Shown: one piece after another, positions 44,963 through 54,015 of the stretch
Numbering within the stretch: the stretch's first letter is position 1
How the letters are laid out: every line of letters begins with the position of its first letter
Assembly: GCA_964019335.1 (NCBI GenBank)
Contig: OZ025728.1
Span: 1-64,000, forward strand
Length of the DNA stretch: 64,000 bases
Source: Diplonema japonicum
Taxonomy: Eukaryota > Protista > Euglenozoa: Diplonemea
Direction of reading: 5' to 3'
Notes under the pieces: model-generated
Told to the model about the DNA's origin: nothing
The model's database searches: none
Seen by the model: only the letters and a program-made list of their open reading frames with translations
Program-made: the position numbers and the translations under genes

Positions 44963-47900
44963 CTACCTGCACCTATCCCCTTTCAGCAGCGGGTTCTCCT
45001 CCTTTGGTGGTCTTGCCGGCCTTCTCCCCAGCCTGGCCGCTCTTTCTCTTCGTTCTCTCGCCCATTGTCCTTTCAATGCCTCTAGGTCATGCTTGGTCTT
45101 CGGTGATGCAAATATCGCCCTCCTGTTCCATCCGATCACCGCCTTTGTCCTCCCGATGGATCGTAGTGTGTGCACCCTTGTGCTCGGCTCAGCTGGGAAG
45201 GCCCTCCTTCCTTTCACCTTCTTCAGTACCCTCCCTAGCTCCCATGTGTGCCAGATCTTCTTCATCAGTCCATGCAATCTCCTCGCTTTCTGCTGTACTT
45301 CTGCGAGATCCCCCAGCTTCCCTCCAAGGGTCTTCCCGGTCACGTTCTCGAAATCCAGTGCCAGCTCCACCGTCGACACTGACGTGTTTCTGCTGCCTGC
45401 ATACCAGCGCAGTTGCCGCATCCACCTCAGCACCTCCTTCGTGTACTCCCGTAGGACATCCCCTGCCGGTAGCTTGCCGAAGTCCTTGTCCGACGGTACT
45501 GGGTGTTCTTGACCTTGTGTGATCTCCAGCCACTGGTGTGTGTGGTACACCTCCTGCCTCTTCGCTTGTAGGGCTGCGTCCCGCTCCCCCACCACCGCCA
45601 GCAGGTACCTCTGCGTTCCTTCGAGCCTTTCCCTGACATCCTTCCCTGCTCCCCTTGGCAGGATGCCATGCAGCTTCGTACACGGTTCCAGCCCCCTGCG
45701 CGTCATGCCTTCGTGTTCTTCCCGCTGTTGCACTTCCTTGGCCTTTTCGCACTCCCACAGTGCGTGCTCCAGCATGTTGGGCAGCTGTTGCTCCTGACCG
45801 CAGATGTCGCAGTGTGCCGTCGTGGGTTCGGCCTGCTTAGCTTCTTGCTTCCTCGCCTCCGCAATCAGCCACTTTTCGGTGTCCTGTCCTTCCTCTTCTT
45901 CTTCTTCTTGTTCATCTTCAGCCTCGTCTTCATCCTCGTCTTCTTCTCCTTCCGCCATCGGGATGTGCTCCACCGTGTCCGTGCGCCATCCCCGTGGGTT
46001 GATGTAGAACACTGCCCCCGAGATGATCCTTCGCACGTCCCTTGCTGCAATCGGGTCCGTCACCACCAGCTTCCTCCACAGCGCGTTGGTCTCCGCTGCT
46101 GCCGCAGCTTCCATGCCCCCCATGGTGCTCCGTTTGCTCATGATTTCCTGTGCTTCCGCCCGCCTGAGTCGGTCCCTGATGTAGTGCTTGTAGGGCTCCT
46201 TTTCCAGTGCGTGGGTGTCCTTCAGCTGTGCCCAGCTTAACTTGATCTGAGGCAGCCACCTTTCCATCATGATGCCCACCGGTCCCACCGGTATCTTCTT
46301 CCCGCTGTACCGTTTGGCAATGGCGTCGCAGCGTGTCCACAGCTTGTCGTCCTTCTTGCAGGCTCTGTATAGGAGCATAAGTGCTCTGTATGCGGCTGTC
46401 ATCTGTGGGTGGCTCGTGTGTCCCGGCAGTGTCACGGATAGTACTGTGCCTGGGTTCCTGGTGCAGTACTTCTGCCCCCAGAGCGCGTACGTGGTCTCCT
46501 TCACCAGCGTGGCCATTTGTCCCGTTTTCGGCGGTGAGAATGGGCAGTCGTAGAGGCAGCTCGGTAGGATCGTGCTGCTGATGATCTTCGCCTTCTGCTG
46601 AAAGGACAACGGCGTTGCTCCCAGCCTGCTCAGCGTCCCGAGTGCCTCCGCCGTCCTGTCGCCGTTGGTTTGCGGCCTGCCGTCTGTCCGCAGCTTGGCT
46701 CCCAGTACTCCTACAGTCCGTGTCGGCTGCAGTTCCTCGCCTTTCACCTTCACCTCCGGTGTCTTCCTGTTCACTGCAAAGGTCTTCGTCTTCCTGGTGT
46801 TGAGCTTCATCCCCACCTGTTTGCAGAAGGCTTCCACTGCGTCTACGCCTTCCTGCAACGCCGCACCGAGCCGTGCCAAGAGATATGCATCGTCCGCGTA
46901 AGACAGCGAGCGGACCCCTGTGTCGTTCTCCACCTGCTTCATTAGTACCGCCAACAGCGCGTTGATGAGTACCACTGAAATCGGGCATCCCTGAAGGATT
47001 CCATTGGTTGTGTGGAACTCCTCCCCCACGCCTGCTGCGTACCTGAACCGTCTTCGCATGCCTGCGTACATTCCTTTCAGTGCCCTGAGGATGCCTGTGT
47101 CCATGCCCATGTCCTCCACCAGCTCCAGAACCAGCTGTTGCGGTACACTGTCAAAGCATTTCGCAAAGTCGAGTGCCACCCCGACTAGCGGTTTCCCCTC
47201 CAGAATGGATTCTTCGATGTCAAGGGCGAGGTCCAAAAGTGCGTCCTCTGTCCCGAAACCCGTGCGGAATCCGTATTGCTTGTCGTGTATCCATTTCTCC
47301 TGCCAGATGAGGATATCAGACAGTCGCGCGCATGCCCAGAGTCTGTACACCGCAGATGTGACTGTGATAGGCCTGTGCTCCAGTGGTCCCGCATCGTCGC
47401 ACTTCGGTACGAGGGTAACCAGTGCCGTTTTCATGGCTTCCGGCCACCTCCCCGTTGCTTCGATCGCATGGAAGAGCATCGCCCAGGCGTCTAGTACTGA
47501 CTCTGGTAGTTTCCGTAGCTCTAGCATCCTCCACCCGTCGATGCCTGCCGCGCTTTTCTTGCTTTTCTTTCTGAGCACTTCCCTCAGCCTTGCTCCCGTC
47601 AGTTGTGTCCTCTCCATCTCATGCCGTTGCACGAACTTGCTGTACTTTGCCTTGAAGGGGGCATAGAGGGGCTCCGGTCGGGACTCGTATTTCGCAAAGA
47701 CGGTCTTCCACGCCTTGCGCATGACGCTGTCGATCAGTCCGGGGGACGCAAAGAGCACCATCCCTTCCTTGACCGCCCTGGTTCCGTCGCTTTGACGTTT
47801 GCCTTTCGCGACTTTTACCAGTCTTGTTGTCTCGCGTCCTGCTGCAACCTCGGCCAGGTATTCTCGTCTCCGTGACGTGTTCGCCTCGGTCCTTTTCTTC

Positions 47901-49312
47901 CGTTCCTCAGCTGCAATTGCGTCTTCCATGTTCAGCGCTGCTGCCAGCATGTCCTCTATGAGAACAGCGTCGTGCGGCACCGGTTCAGCTGGTACTGCCA
48001 GAGCCTTTGCTTCCCTGTTCACGTTTCTTATCGTGTTCAGGGTCGGCTTGCTTAGCCCCTTGTCCTCAACTGCTTGCTCGAGCTGTTGTTGCAGTGTCCG
48101 CGTCTTGAGCTTCAGCTTTTCCAGTCGCGCTTGCCATGTTGTAGCTGCACCCACCGTTCCCGTCGTCGTTGGTGCACACACTTCCTTCTCCTTTGTGCTG
48201 GTGTGTTTGCCTCTTCCGACGTACGCTGCCCTCCCCGGCGTCCCCACTGGTTGGTCTATGAGGAGGTCTTCGGTGCACCGGGAGAGGGTCTCGAAGGCTT
48301 TTGTTATATTTCCTTCGTGCAGGTACTGTCGGAATCCGGCTGCTTCCACTGCTTCGGCTCCTTGTTCTTCCGTTGGCTCATCTGCCGTCTCCAGACCCCT
48401 CGGCAGCATGTATCGTTGTACCGTCATCCTGAATCTGTCGAGCTCAAGTGCAACCGTCAGTGTCCGGTGATCCGTCCCCTTGATCGCTTGGTTCACTTGG
48501 CATCCGGTGATGGCCGGTACTGCCTCCGGACTTGCCAGTATCCTGTCGATCCGCGTGGCGCAGTTCTCCCGTACAAACGTTGGATCAGGTTGTTTCCCTC
48601 TCCATTTTGCGCATAGGTCCGCTGTGTCCGCCCATCCTGCCTGCAGTGCCTTCCGCAGTTCCGGGGATCTTGCCTCGTCGGTGTTGAAGTCGCCAACGAC
48701 GAGTATTGGCACATTGCCGAGCTCCTTCGCCTTCTTCCGCAGGATGTAGTGGAGGAGGGTCTCCCTCTTTGCGGTCTCTTCACGTCCTGTTCCTGCCGGG
48801 CAGTATATCGATATGATATGTAGCCATCTGCGTTTGCCATCGATTGCGACCTGAGTGTGCAGCCACCTCCTGCGTTGTTCTTCAGATTGGTCGTTGGTGT
48901 CCAGAGAACCTGGCAATGCTGTCCTGGGTTCTCGGATTAGGGTTGCCAGTCCTCCCCTCTGAGCTACCCAGTTCGAAGCGATTCCCTCCACCTTCCTTCC
49001 CGGCTGCGGCGGTCCCCACATCGGCTTCCACTTCTTCTTCGTCTTCTTCCCGAGCTCCCGCTCCATCTCCTGCTGCCCAGCTAAGGTCAGCGCCGTCTCC
49101 TGCGTGCAGATCACGTCGACGTCCAGCTTCGTCGTAACCTCCTCTATTTGGTTGCGTAGGGAGGCCACGTTCACTGTCGACACGTACATGTTGGGCCCAG
49201 GGTTCGGATGTATCCCCTGCGCCGTGAGCCTCGCGAAGTCCTCTTCCTCCTCTGACCCCGGTTTCCGCCTCCCCGTTTTCAGTTGGGGAGGTTTCCAATG
49301 CAGCTCACGCAT
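44963..49312 (-). CDS. LINE ORF2: 2A-like leader, APE endonuclease, reverse transcriptase, CCHC Zn knuckle
   Basis: APE: TVNVASL, ICTQET, VVGDFN, RIDRIL, TDHR. RT: GIDGW, LVPK..HRPITV, QYGFR, LDFAKCFDSV, GILQGCPIS, YADD. Knuckle: CDIC...EHALWEC. Start taken as ATG 49312; the frame is open further upstream. Confidence 0.95.
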   Translation of the reverse strand: MRELHWKPPQLKTGRRKPGSEEEEDFARLTAQGIHPNPGPNMYVSTVNVASLRNQIEEVTTKLDVDVICTQETALTLAGQQEMERELGKKTKKKWKPMWGPPQPGRKVEGIASNWVAQRGGLATLIREPRTALPGSLDTNDQSEEQRRRWLHTQVAIDGKRRWLHIISIYCPAGTGREETAKRETLLHYILRKKAKELGNVPILVVGDFNTDEARSPELRKALQAGWADTADLCAKWRGKQPDPTFVRENCATRIDRILASPEAVPAITGCQVNQAIKGTDHRTLTVALELDRFRMTVQRYMLPRGLETADEPTEEQGAEAVEAAGFRQYLHEGNITKAFETLSRCTEDLLIDQPVGTPGRAAYVGRGKHTSTKEKEVCAPTTTGTVGAATTWQARLEKLKLKTRTLQQQLEQAVEDKGLSKPTLNTIRNVNREAKALAVPAEPVPHDAVLIEDMLAAALNMEDAIAAEERKKRTEANTSRRREYLAEVAAGRETTRLVKVAKGKRQSDGTRAVKEGMVLFASPGLIDSVMRKAWKTVFAKYESRPEPLYAPFKAKYSKFVQRHEMERTQLTGARLREVLRKKSKKSAAGIDGWRMLELRKLPESVLDAWAMLFHAIEATGRWPEAMKTALVTLVPKCDDAGPLEHRPITVTSAVYRLWACARLSDILIWQEKWIHDKQYGFRTGFGTEDALLDLALDIEESILEGKPLVGVALDFAKCFDSVPQQLVLELVEDMGMDTGILRALKGMYAGMRRRFRYAAGVGEEFHTTNGILQGCPISVVLINALLAVLMKQVENDTGVRSLSYADDAYLLARLGAALQEGVDAVEAFCKQVGMKLNTRKTKTFAVNRKTPEVKVKGEELQPTRTVGVLGAKLRTDGRPQTNGDRTAEALGTLSRLGATPLSFQQKAKIISSTILPSCLYDCPFSPPKTGQMATLVKETTYALWGQKYCTRNPGTVLSVTLPGHTSHPQMTAAYRALMLLYRACKKDDKLWTRCDAIAKRYSGKKIPVGPVGIMMERWLPQIKLSWAQLKDTHALEKEPYKHYIRDRLRRAEAQEIMSKRSTMGGMEAAAAAETNALWRKLVVTDPIAARDVRRIISGAVFYINPRGWRTDTVEHIPMAEGEEDEDEDEAEDEQEEEEEEGQDTEKWLIAEARKQEAKQAEPTTAHCDICGQEQQLPNMLEHALWECEKAKEVQQREEHEGMTRRGLEPCTKLHGILPRGAGKDVRERLEGTQRYLLAVVGERDAALQAKRQEVYHTHQWLEITQGQEHPVPSDKDFGKLPAGDVLREYTKEVLRWMRQLRWYAGSRNTSVSTVELALDFENVTGKTLGGKLGDLAEVQQKARRLHGLMKKIWHTWELGRVLKKVKGRRAFPAEPSTRVHTLRSIGRTKAVIGWNRRAIFASPKTKHDLEALKGQWARERRERAARLGRRPARPPKEENPLLKGDRCR
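49193..49219 (-). other. 2A-like peptide core QGIHPNPGP
   Basis: FARLTAQGIHPNPGP lies directly before the first APE strand (NMYVSTVNV). It lacks the consensus D and E. Confidence 0.6.
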
Positions 49313-51036
49313 TGTTCCCGCCTGCAGTTCTCCATGGCGCACACCCTCGCCCTCCTGCCTTTCAGCTGGCCATGACATGACCCGCATTGACCCTGTGAGG
49401 CTTGGTAGGTCGCAGACCAAGCATGGACATGCACCTTCTGCTTCTTCTTCTCCTTGCCTTGCAGCTTCCCTTCCGACGAGGTTGTTGGCTTCCTGTGGCC
49501 GGGGCTGCTGGGGTCGGGCTTCTTCGGCGACGGGGAGGGTGAGGGAGTCTGGCTCCTCTGTCGCTTCGGTGACGCTGCCTTGTTCGTGTTCGTGTTCGTG
49601 CTTGTCTTTTTCGGGGACACTGCACCTGCCGCCGCCGCCGTCGCAGGCTTCTTCTTCGCCGTCGGCGTCTCCGTGTTCTGTTCCGGAGTGCCGCTCCTCT
49701 GCCGCTTCGGGGATGCAGCGCTTGTCGTGGCTGCTGGGGTCGTCGCGGCCCTGTTCTCCATCGCCCTGCGTGCCACCTTCCTTAGCGCATCTTTGAGGCG
49801 GTCGACTTCGCTCTGCAACTTCGTGACGAGCATTTTGTATTGCTCTAGCTCTGTTGCGTTGATCGTGGTGTCCTTCTGTTGCTGTTGTTGTTGTTGTTGT
49901 TGTTCTTGCTTCTGCGGCTTCTTTGTCTTCTTCTTCTTCTGTTCTGTGGTCGTGTCCGCGGTCGCGTCCTTCTGCTCCCGTTCCTGCAGCTTCTCGGGGT
50001 CGGCGGCCGCCCAGTACTCCTCGCCCTTGTTCTTGCCGTAAAAACAGAGGAACTCGGGCTTGGAGTATCGTGTGTCGCAGTTTTCGTTGGGGTCCTTCCT
50101 CGTTTCCCCTTTCGCCACCACCATTTGCAGTGGTTGCTGCTTCCACGCCGCCGTCAGCGCCATCCGGTGCTCCCCCACCTGCACCTCGCCGAACGGGGGC
50201 TGCCCTGCCGACTGGACCACCGCCAGTTGCCGCCCCTTCTTCGGGATGACGCGAATGACCGTCGCGTCCTTCCACCCGTTGTTCCGTAGCAAGCCCTGCA
50301 CCTGCTCGCCCGTGATCCCGCGTGGCACACTGTGGAGGTCGAACTTTCGTCCGGCCCCTGTTCCCACCAGCAAGCCGGCCTCCTGTGCTTTGTGTCTGGC
50401 GTCGTCGCTGTCCAGGTTCCCGTCTTGCACCAAACCGAGACCCCTCCCGTTGCTTGTGAGGGTGGCCGTAGGTCCTCCGATCCCCCGCGCCGCCGCCACG
50501 TCCCACGTCCTCAGCCATAGTGGTGGCTGCTTCTCTCGCTTCCTCCTGCGGTCCTCTACGAACAAGCCCCCCGCACCAGCCTGCTTCGCCTTCCCTTCTT
50601 CGTTGGCCGCCACGTAGACCAGGAGGTCCAGCTTGGTCAGCTGTCCCTTCCAGGCCTCGCCTCTTGGCTCTGAGATCCCCCGCAGGGTGACTCCCAGCGC
50701 CTTGAGTGCCTTCACCGTCTCGTTCTTGGCGTCCGCTTGCACCTTCGCCCACCCGTCCTCCCCGGATGCGGCTCTCCACCAGATGGCTCGCAGTACGATC
50801 GTGCTGCTGCTGCTGCTGTCGTTGTCGTCGTCCTCGTCCATCCACTTCTCCTGCACCTCCTGCACCTGACGAGAAGGCCATTCCTTCGCCGTCACCTTCT
50901 GCGCTTGCACCGGCTTCACTGACCTCGCCATTCGCGCCACCTGCACCCATGTTGATGATGCTGCCTCCTTCTGGGGAGTTTGCTCCCCCCCCTTGGGAGG
51001 GGACCCAGGGCCACCACGTGGAGGTTCCCCAGCCAT
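49279..51036 (-). CDS. LINE ORF1 (basic, coiled coil, C-terminal Cys-rich finger)
   Basis: 585 aa. FDLHSVPRGITGEQVQGLLRNNGW aligns with copy 1 ORF1 WYLEKVPRDMRPTELKMMLAAWGW. It ends CGSCH...C...C...CVSC. Confidence 0.85.
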   Translation of the reverse strand: MAGEPPRGGPGSPPKGGEQTPQKEAASSTWVQVARMARSVKPVQAQKVTAKEWPSRQVQEVQEKWMDEDDDNDSSSSSTIVLRAIWWRAASGEDGWAKVQADAKNETVKALKALGVTLRGISEPRGEAWKGQLTKLDLLVYVAANEEGKAKQAGAGGLFVEDRRRKREKQPPLWLRTWDVAAARGIGGPTATLTSNGRGLGLVQDGNLDSDDARHKAQEAGLLVGTGAGRKFDLHSVPRGITGEQVQGLLRNNGWKDATVIRVIPKKGRQLAVVQSAGQPPFGEVQVGEHRMALTAAWKQQPLQMVVAKGETRKDPNENCDTRYSKPEFLCFYGKNKGEEYWAAADPEKLQEREQKDATADTTTEQKKKKTKKPQKQEQQQQQQQQQKDTTINATELEQYKMLVTKLQSEVDRLKDALRKVARRAMENRAATTPAATTSAASPKRQRSGTPEQNTETPTAKKKPATAAAAGAVSPKKTSTNTNTNKAASPKRQRSQTPSPSPSPKKPDPSSPGHRKPTTSSEGKLQGKEKKKQKVHVHAWSATYQASQGQCGSCHGQLKGRRARVCAMENCRREQCVSCIGNLPN

Positions 51037-51084
51037 CTTTGATTGCGATTATTTTGATTAATTCCAACCCAAATTACCAGCCCC
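50971..51084 (-). ncRNA. HDV-like self-cleaving ribozyme (LINE 5' end)
   Basis: P1 GGGGCU(51084-51079)/GGCCCU with G.U at the cleavage site; P2 CUGGGGA/UCCCCAG; P3 ACC/GGU with L3 UCCACGU; P1.1 GG; P4 UCCCCUCC-CAAG-GGGGGGGA; J4/2 GCAAAC. Confidence 0.85.
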
Positions 51085-51143
51085 TTGAAAAAAAAAAAAA
51101 AAAAAGGAAAAAAAAAAAACTCCCCCCATACCATGAATCTTAC

Positions 51144-51927
51144 GTTTATACAAGGCTGGTAGAAACGGTACTCTCCGCGTGTTTGAAAGAATGGACTGGC
51201 TGAGGGCCTTGAGGCTGCCTTCAGGTTGGGAACCAGGAGTAAGGACCTCAAGTAGCCCATAACCGGTAGGGGAGCAGTAATTGGCGCGAGGTCGTTGCAC
51301 CACATGGGTGGGCGAGAGGAGCATCTGCTGCGCCTCCCGCTTTCTCCGCTGCAGGTCGCAGTTTATCCGCTTCTGTTTCAAGGCGGCTTGCTCCGCTCGT
51401 TTATTTTCAAGATCCTTGTCACGCTGGGCCTTCTGCCTCATATTGTCAACAACCTGCATTCGCCGGATGACTAAAGGGTCATCGACCCATTTTCGTGATA
51501 GTCTTGATATAGAAGGAGCTTTTCGTTTGAAGCTTTGCTTCTCTGCAGGAGGGACGGGAACGGGTACAATAGAACTTGAATAAGACGAGGTGCTGGACAC
51601 GGTGGAGGGTGATGATGATGAAGATGAAGATGATGATGAAGAGCGAGGCATCCCCTTTACGTACTCAAGGTCCTCCGAGATTTCATCGGAGGAGTTGTCG
51701 CCGGGCCCTGGGCCGCCCTCGTACCTTGACACGGTGTTGTCCCCTTCTGGCAGGACCCATACAGCCGGTGCTGCTTCCTCGTCAGTGTAAAAGTAATATC
51801 GTTTGTTGCTGACGCTCCACTTCGCCGTCCACACCGCCGAACCTTCCTTTTCGTCGCTTCCGTCTTCCAGCACGTAGTCGTAGCGCTGCTCCGATCCCAT
51901 CCATATGCTTACCCACTTGCCCACCAT
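51144..51927 (-). CDS. WW-domain protein, main exon; probable last exon at 44885-44863 beyond the LINE
   Basis: VWTAKWSVSNKRYYFYTDEEAAPAVWVLP is WW-like; GTAAG donor at 51143. Confidence 0.7.
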
Positions 51928-52736
51928 GCAGTCTTTCCTTATTTAATGAAAATTTTTGTGTGATAGGAAACAAGGGGGGGGGGGGGGGGGGGGGGGGGAG
52001 GGCGAGAAAAAATGAAGGGTCTTTTTTTTTTTCCAGTTTTCTTTTTTTTTTCACACATATTTCTTTTTCTTTCTTTTCATTCGAGTAAGGGTTATACAGA
52101 GGATGGGGGAGGGGAGAACGGGGGGGGAGCGATAGTTGAAACTGAAAATCTCTTTCTTTTTTTTTCTTTTTAGGGGGTACAAAATAAAAAATAACGTGTG
52201 CAAAAAAAAAAAACTTAGGGAAGGAAACATTTCTTATAAAATGAAGAGGGGGGGGGGGGGGGTAATGGATCACAAAATAAAAAACACTTTTATCTTTTCG
52301 TAAGGAACAAAAAAAAAAGAGGAAAAAAACCTTTGTACACTTTCTTTCTTTTTCTTTTGTATCCTTTTCTTTTTCCCCCCAAAGAAATAAAAAAAGCCTG
52401 AAATCTTTTACTCCTGCAAAAATAAACTTGGAGGGCAACTGAAAAAGAGGCAAACAAAAAAAATCATTTTTTAGAGCTACACAGCGGAGAAAAAGCCTTC
52501 CGGAAAAAGTGTGTGGGAGTGGGGGGAGAGAATCTAAAAAAAAAAGCAAAAAAAAAATCTTTTTCTTTTTCCATCTTTCTAGTAAAGGTACTGAGACTGA
52601 CGCAGCCTTTCCTTTGCCGTGGATTCACGAAGGTCAGCTTGGCGTTGCTTCTCACGGGCGTCCGTTGCTTCAAGACAGGCTTGCTGCAATTTTTTTTGTT
52701 TTGTTTTTTTTCATTCTTTCCATTCATCTTATTTTT

Positions 52737-53783
52737 TTATACCTGATATTCCTGAGCTAACTGAAGGTTTATAGCAGCAGAAGGCGAAGCACCAAACCCA
52801 CCAACAGGGGCCACCACAGGCAAATGGACCTTCCTGGTCGAGTAAAGGTCTTTGATACGAAAGTAAAGAGCATCCACAACATTCGGCGATGATGCTGCAA
52901 AGGTAAGCCACTCGCTGACGGTGATGACACCGTCGTGGTTCATGTCAGCTGTCTTAAACAACGACACGGCAGAGGTGGTATCGAAGAGCATGTCACACTT
53001 TGAAAACCCCTCGGCAAGGTCAGTGATCTGAAGACAATCCTTCCCAGGAGGACACATCTCATAAAAAACAAATCGAGCCTTTTCCGCACTCGGGGCGTTG
53101 AGCTCCGCTGAGTTGGGCGCTCTATTCCTGTGCGGCGACGACTCAACTGTCTTCCATGTGTACACCTCCTCCGCTTCAGGGATCACACCTTGCGAGTCAG
53201 AATGCCAATAAGACTCAGGCGGGAATACATACAATTGACACCCATGTGTCAACTGCACTGTTTCCGTGAGGTCCGACCACCTCTCTGTCTCATGTTCAAA
53301 GATCTGAACGGTCTGTATCTTAAAAGGCATGTCTGGGAACCCGCCAGGCCGACCGCTCCTTGCCAAAGCATCATATTGTGATTCTATGACATTGATGAGC
53401 TCTATCATGGTGGGCCTGTGCTCGAGAGCTACCTTTATGTTCTTTTTCACGCCGAAGAGGTCGCACGCGATTCTGATCTTGAACTCTCCTTGTCTAGCAG
53501 GCGATGCGATGGTGGCCGCAGGTAGGACTCTGACGGTCTTTGTTGCGTTGCCGCGTGTGTAGTACTGCAGCCTGTAGAAGTACCGGGTCATGAGCGCCCT
53601 CGAAGTGCTCCTTTTGAACTGCTTCACCGCGTTGGAGAACACGTTCAAGGCGAACCGCTGCCATCTGTCGGCGCAGAAGTTGTACAGTTTCATGAAATAC
53701 GCCCACCGGAGACCGCGGTCCGTCACCCGTGTCAGGAGGTCCGCCTTCCTGACGCTTCCTACCGGATTTTCCTTCCCCGGCAT
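52737..53783 (-). CDS. BILBO1-family protein (BILBO1 N-terminal ubiquitin-like domain plus EF-hands, no long coiled coil)
   Basis: FKIRIACDLFGVKKN...RPTMIEL...RWSDL...QLTHGCQLYVF...WHSDSQGVIP resembles the trypanosome BILBO1 NTD; EF-hand ADMNHDGVITVSEW. Confidence 0.8.
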   Translation of the reverse strand: MPGKENPVGSVRKADLLTRVTDRGLRWAYFMKLYNFCADRWQRFALNVFSNAVKQFKRSTSRALMTRYFYRLQYYTRGNATKTVRVLPAATIASPARQGEFKIRIACDLFGVKKNIKVALEHRPTMIELINVIESQYDALARSGRPGGFPDMPFKIQTVQIFEHETERWSDLTETVQLTHGCQLYVFPPESYWHSDSQGVIPEAEEVYTWKTVESSPHRNRAPNSAELNAPSAEKARFVFYEMCPPGKDCLQITDLAEGFSKCDMLFDTTSAVSLFKTADMNHDGVITVSEWLTFAASSPNVVDALYFRIKDLYSTRKVHLPVVAPVGGFGASPSAAINLQLAQEYQV

Positions 53784-54015
53784 TTTGTTTTTTTTCCCCC
53801 CCGTGTTCTTCTCCTTGGGTAAAAGTTGTGTCTTTGAAGGGACGGAGCAAAGGGCCAAGCTCGGCGACAAACTACACCGGTCCAATGTTAGATCCTCATT
53901 GAAAGAGAAACCATGTGCAGATTTAGAGTGAGGTTGCTGTGCTAAGAAGCGGAATCGTACTCGAAAAAAGAAGAGAAAAATCTTTTTTTTTATTTTCTTA
54001 TAAATAAAATATTTT

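Larger units (their letters stand above)
44913..51084 (-). mobile_element. Full-length APE-RT non-LTR retrotransposon (LINE copy 2), apparently intact
   Basis: 5' HDV-like ribozyme, ORF1, 2A-like peptide, APE, RT, CCHC knuckle, 50 nt 3'UTR ending CTTCCTTTAACTCATATAT. No stops or frameshifts within either ORF. Confidence 0.95.

Noticed and set aside
51782-52760. Phe/Lys-rich ORFs in intergenic regions (also 6000-7110, 30918-31870, 56381-56932)
   Set aside because: Products of A, T and G homopolymer tracts.
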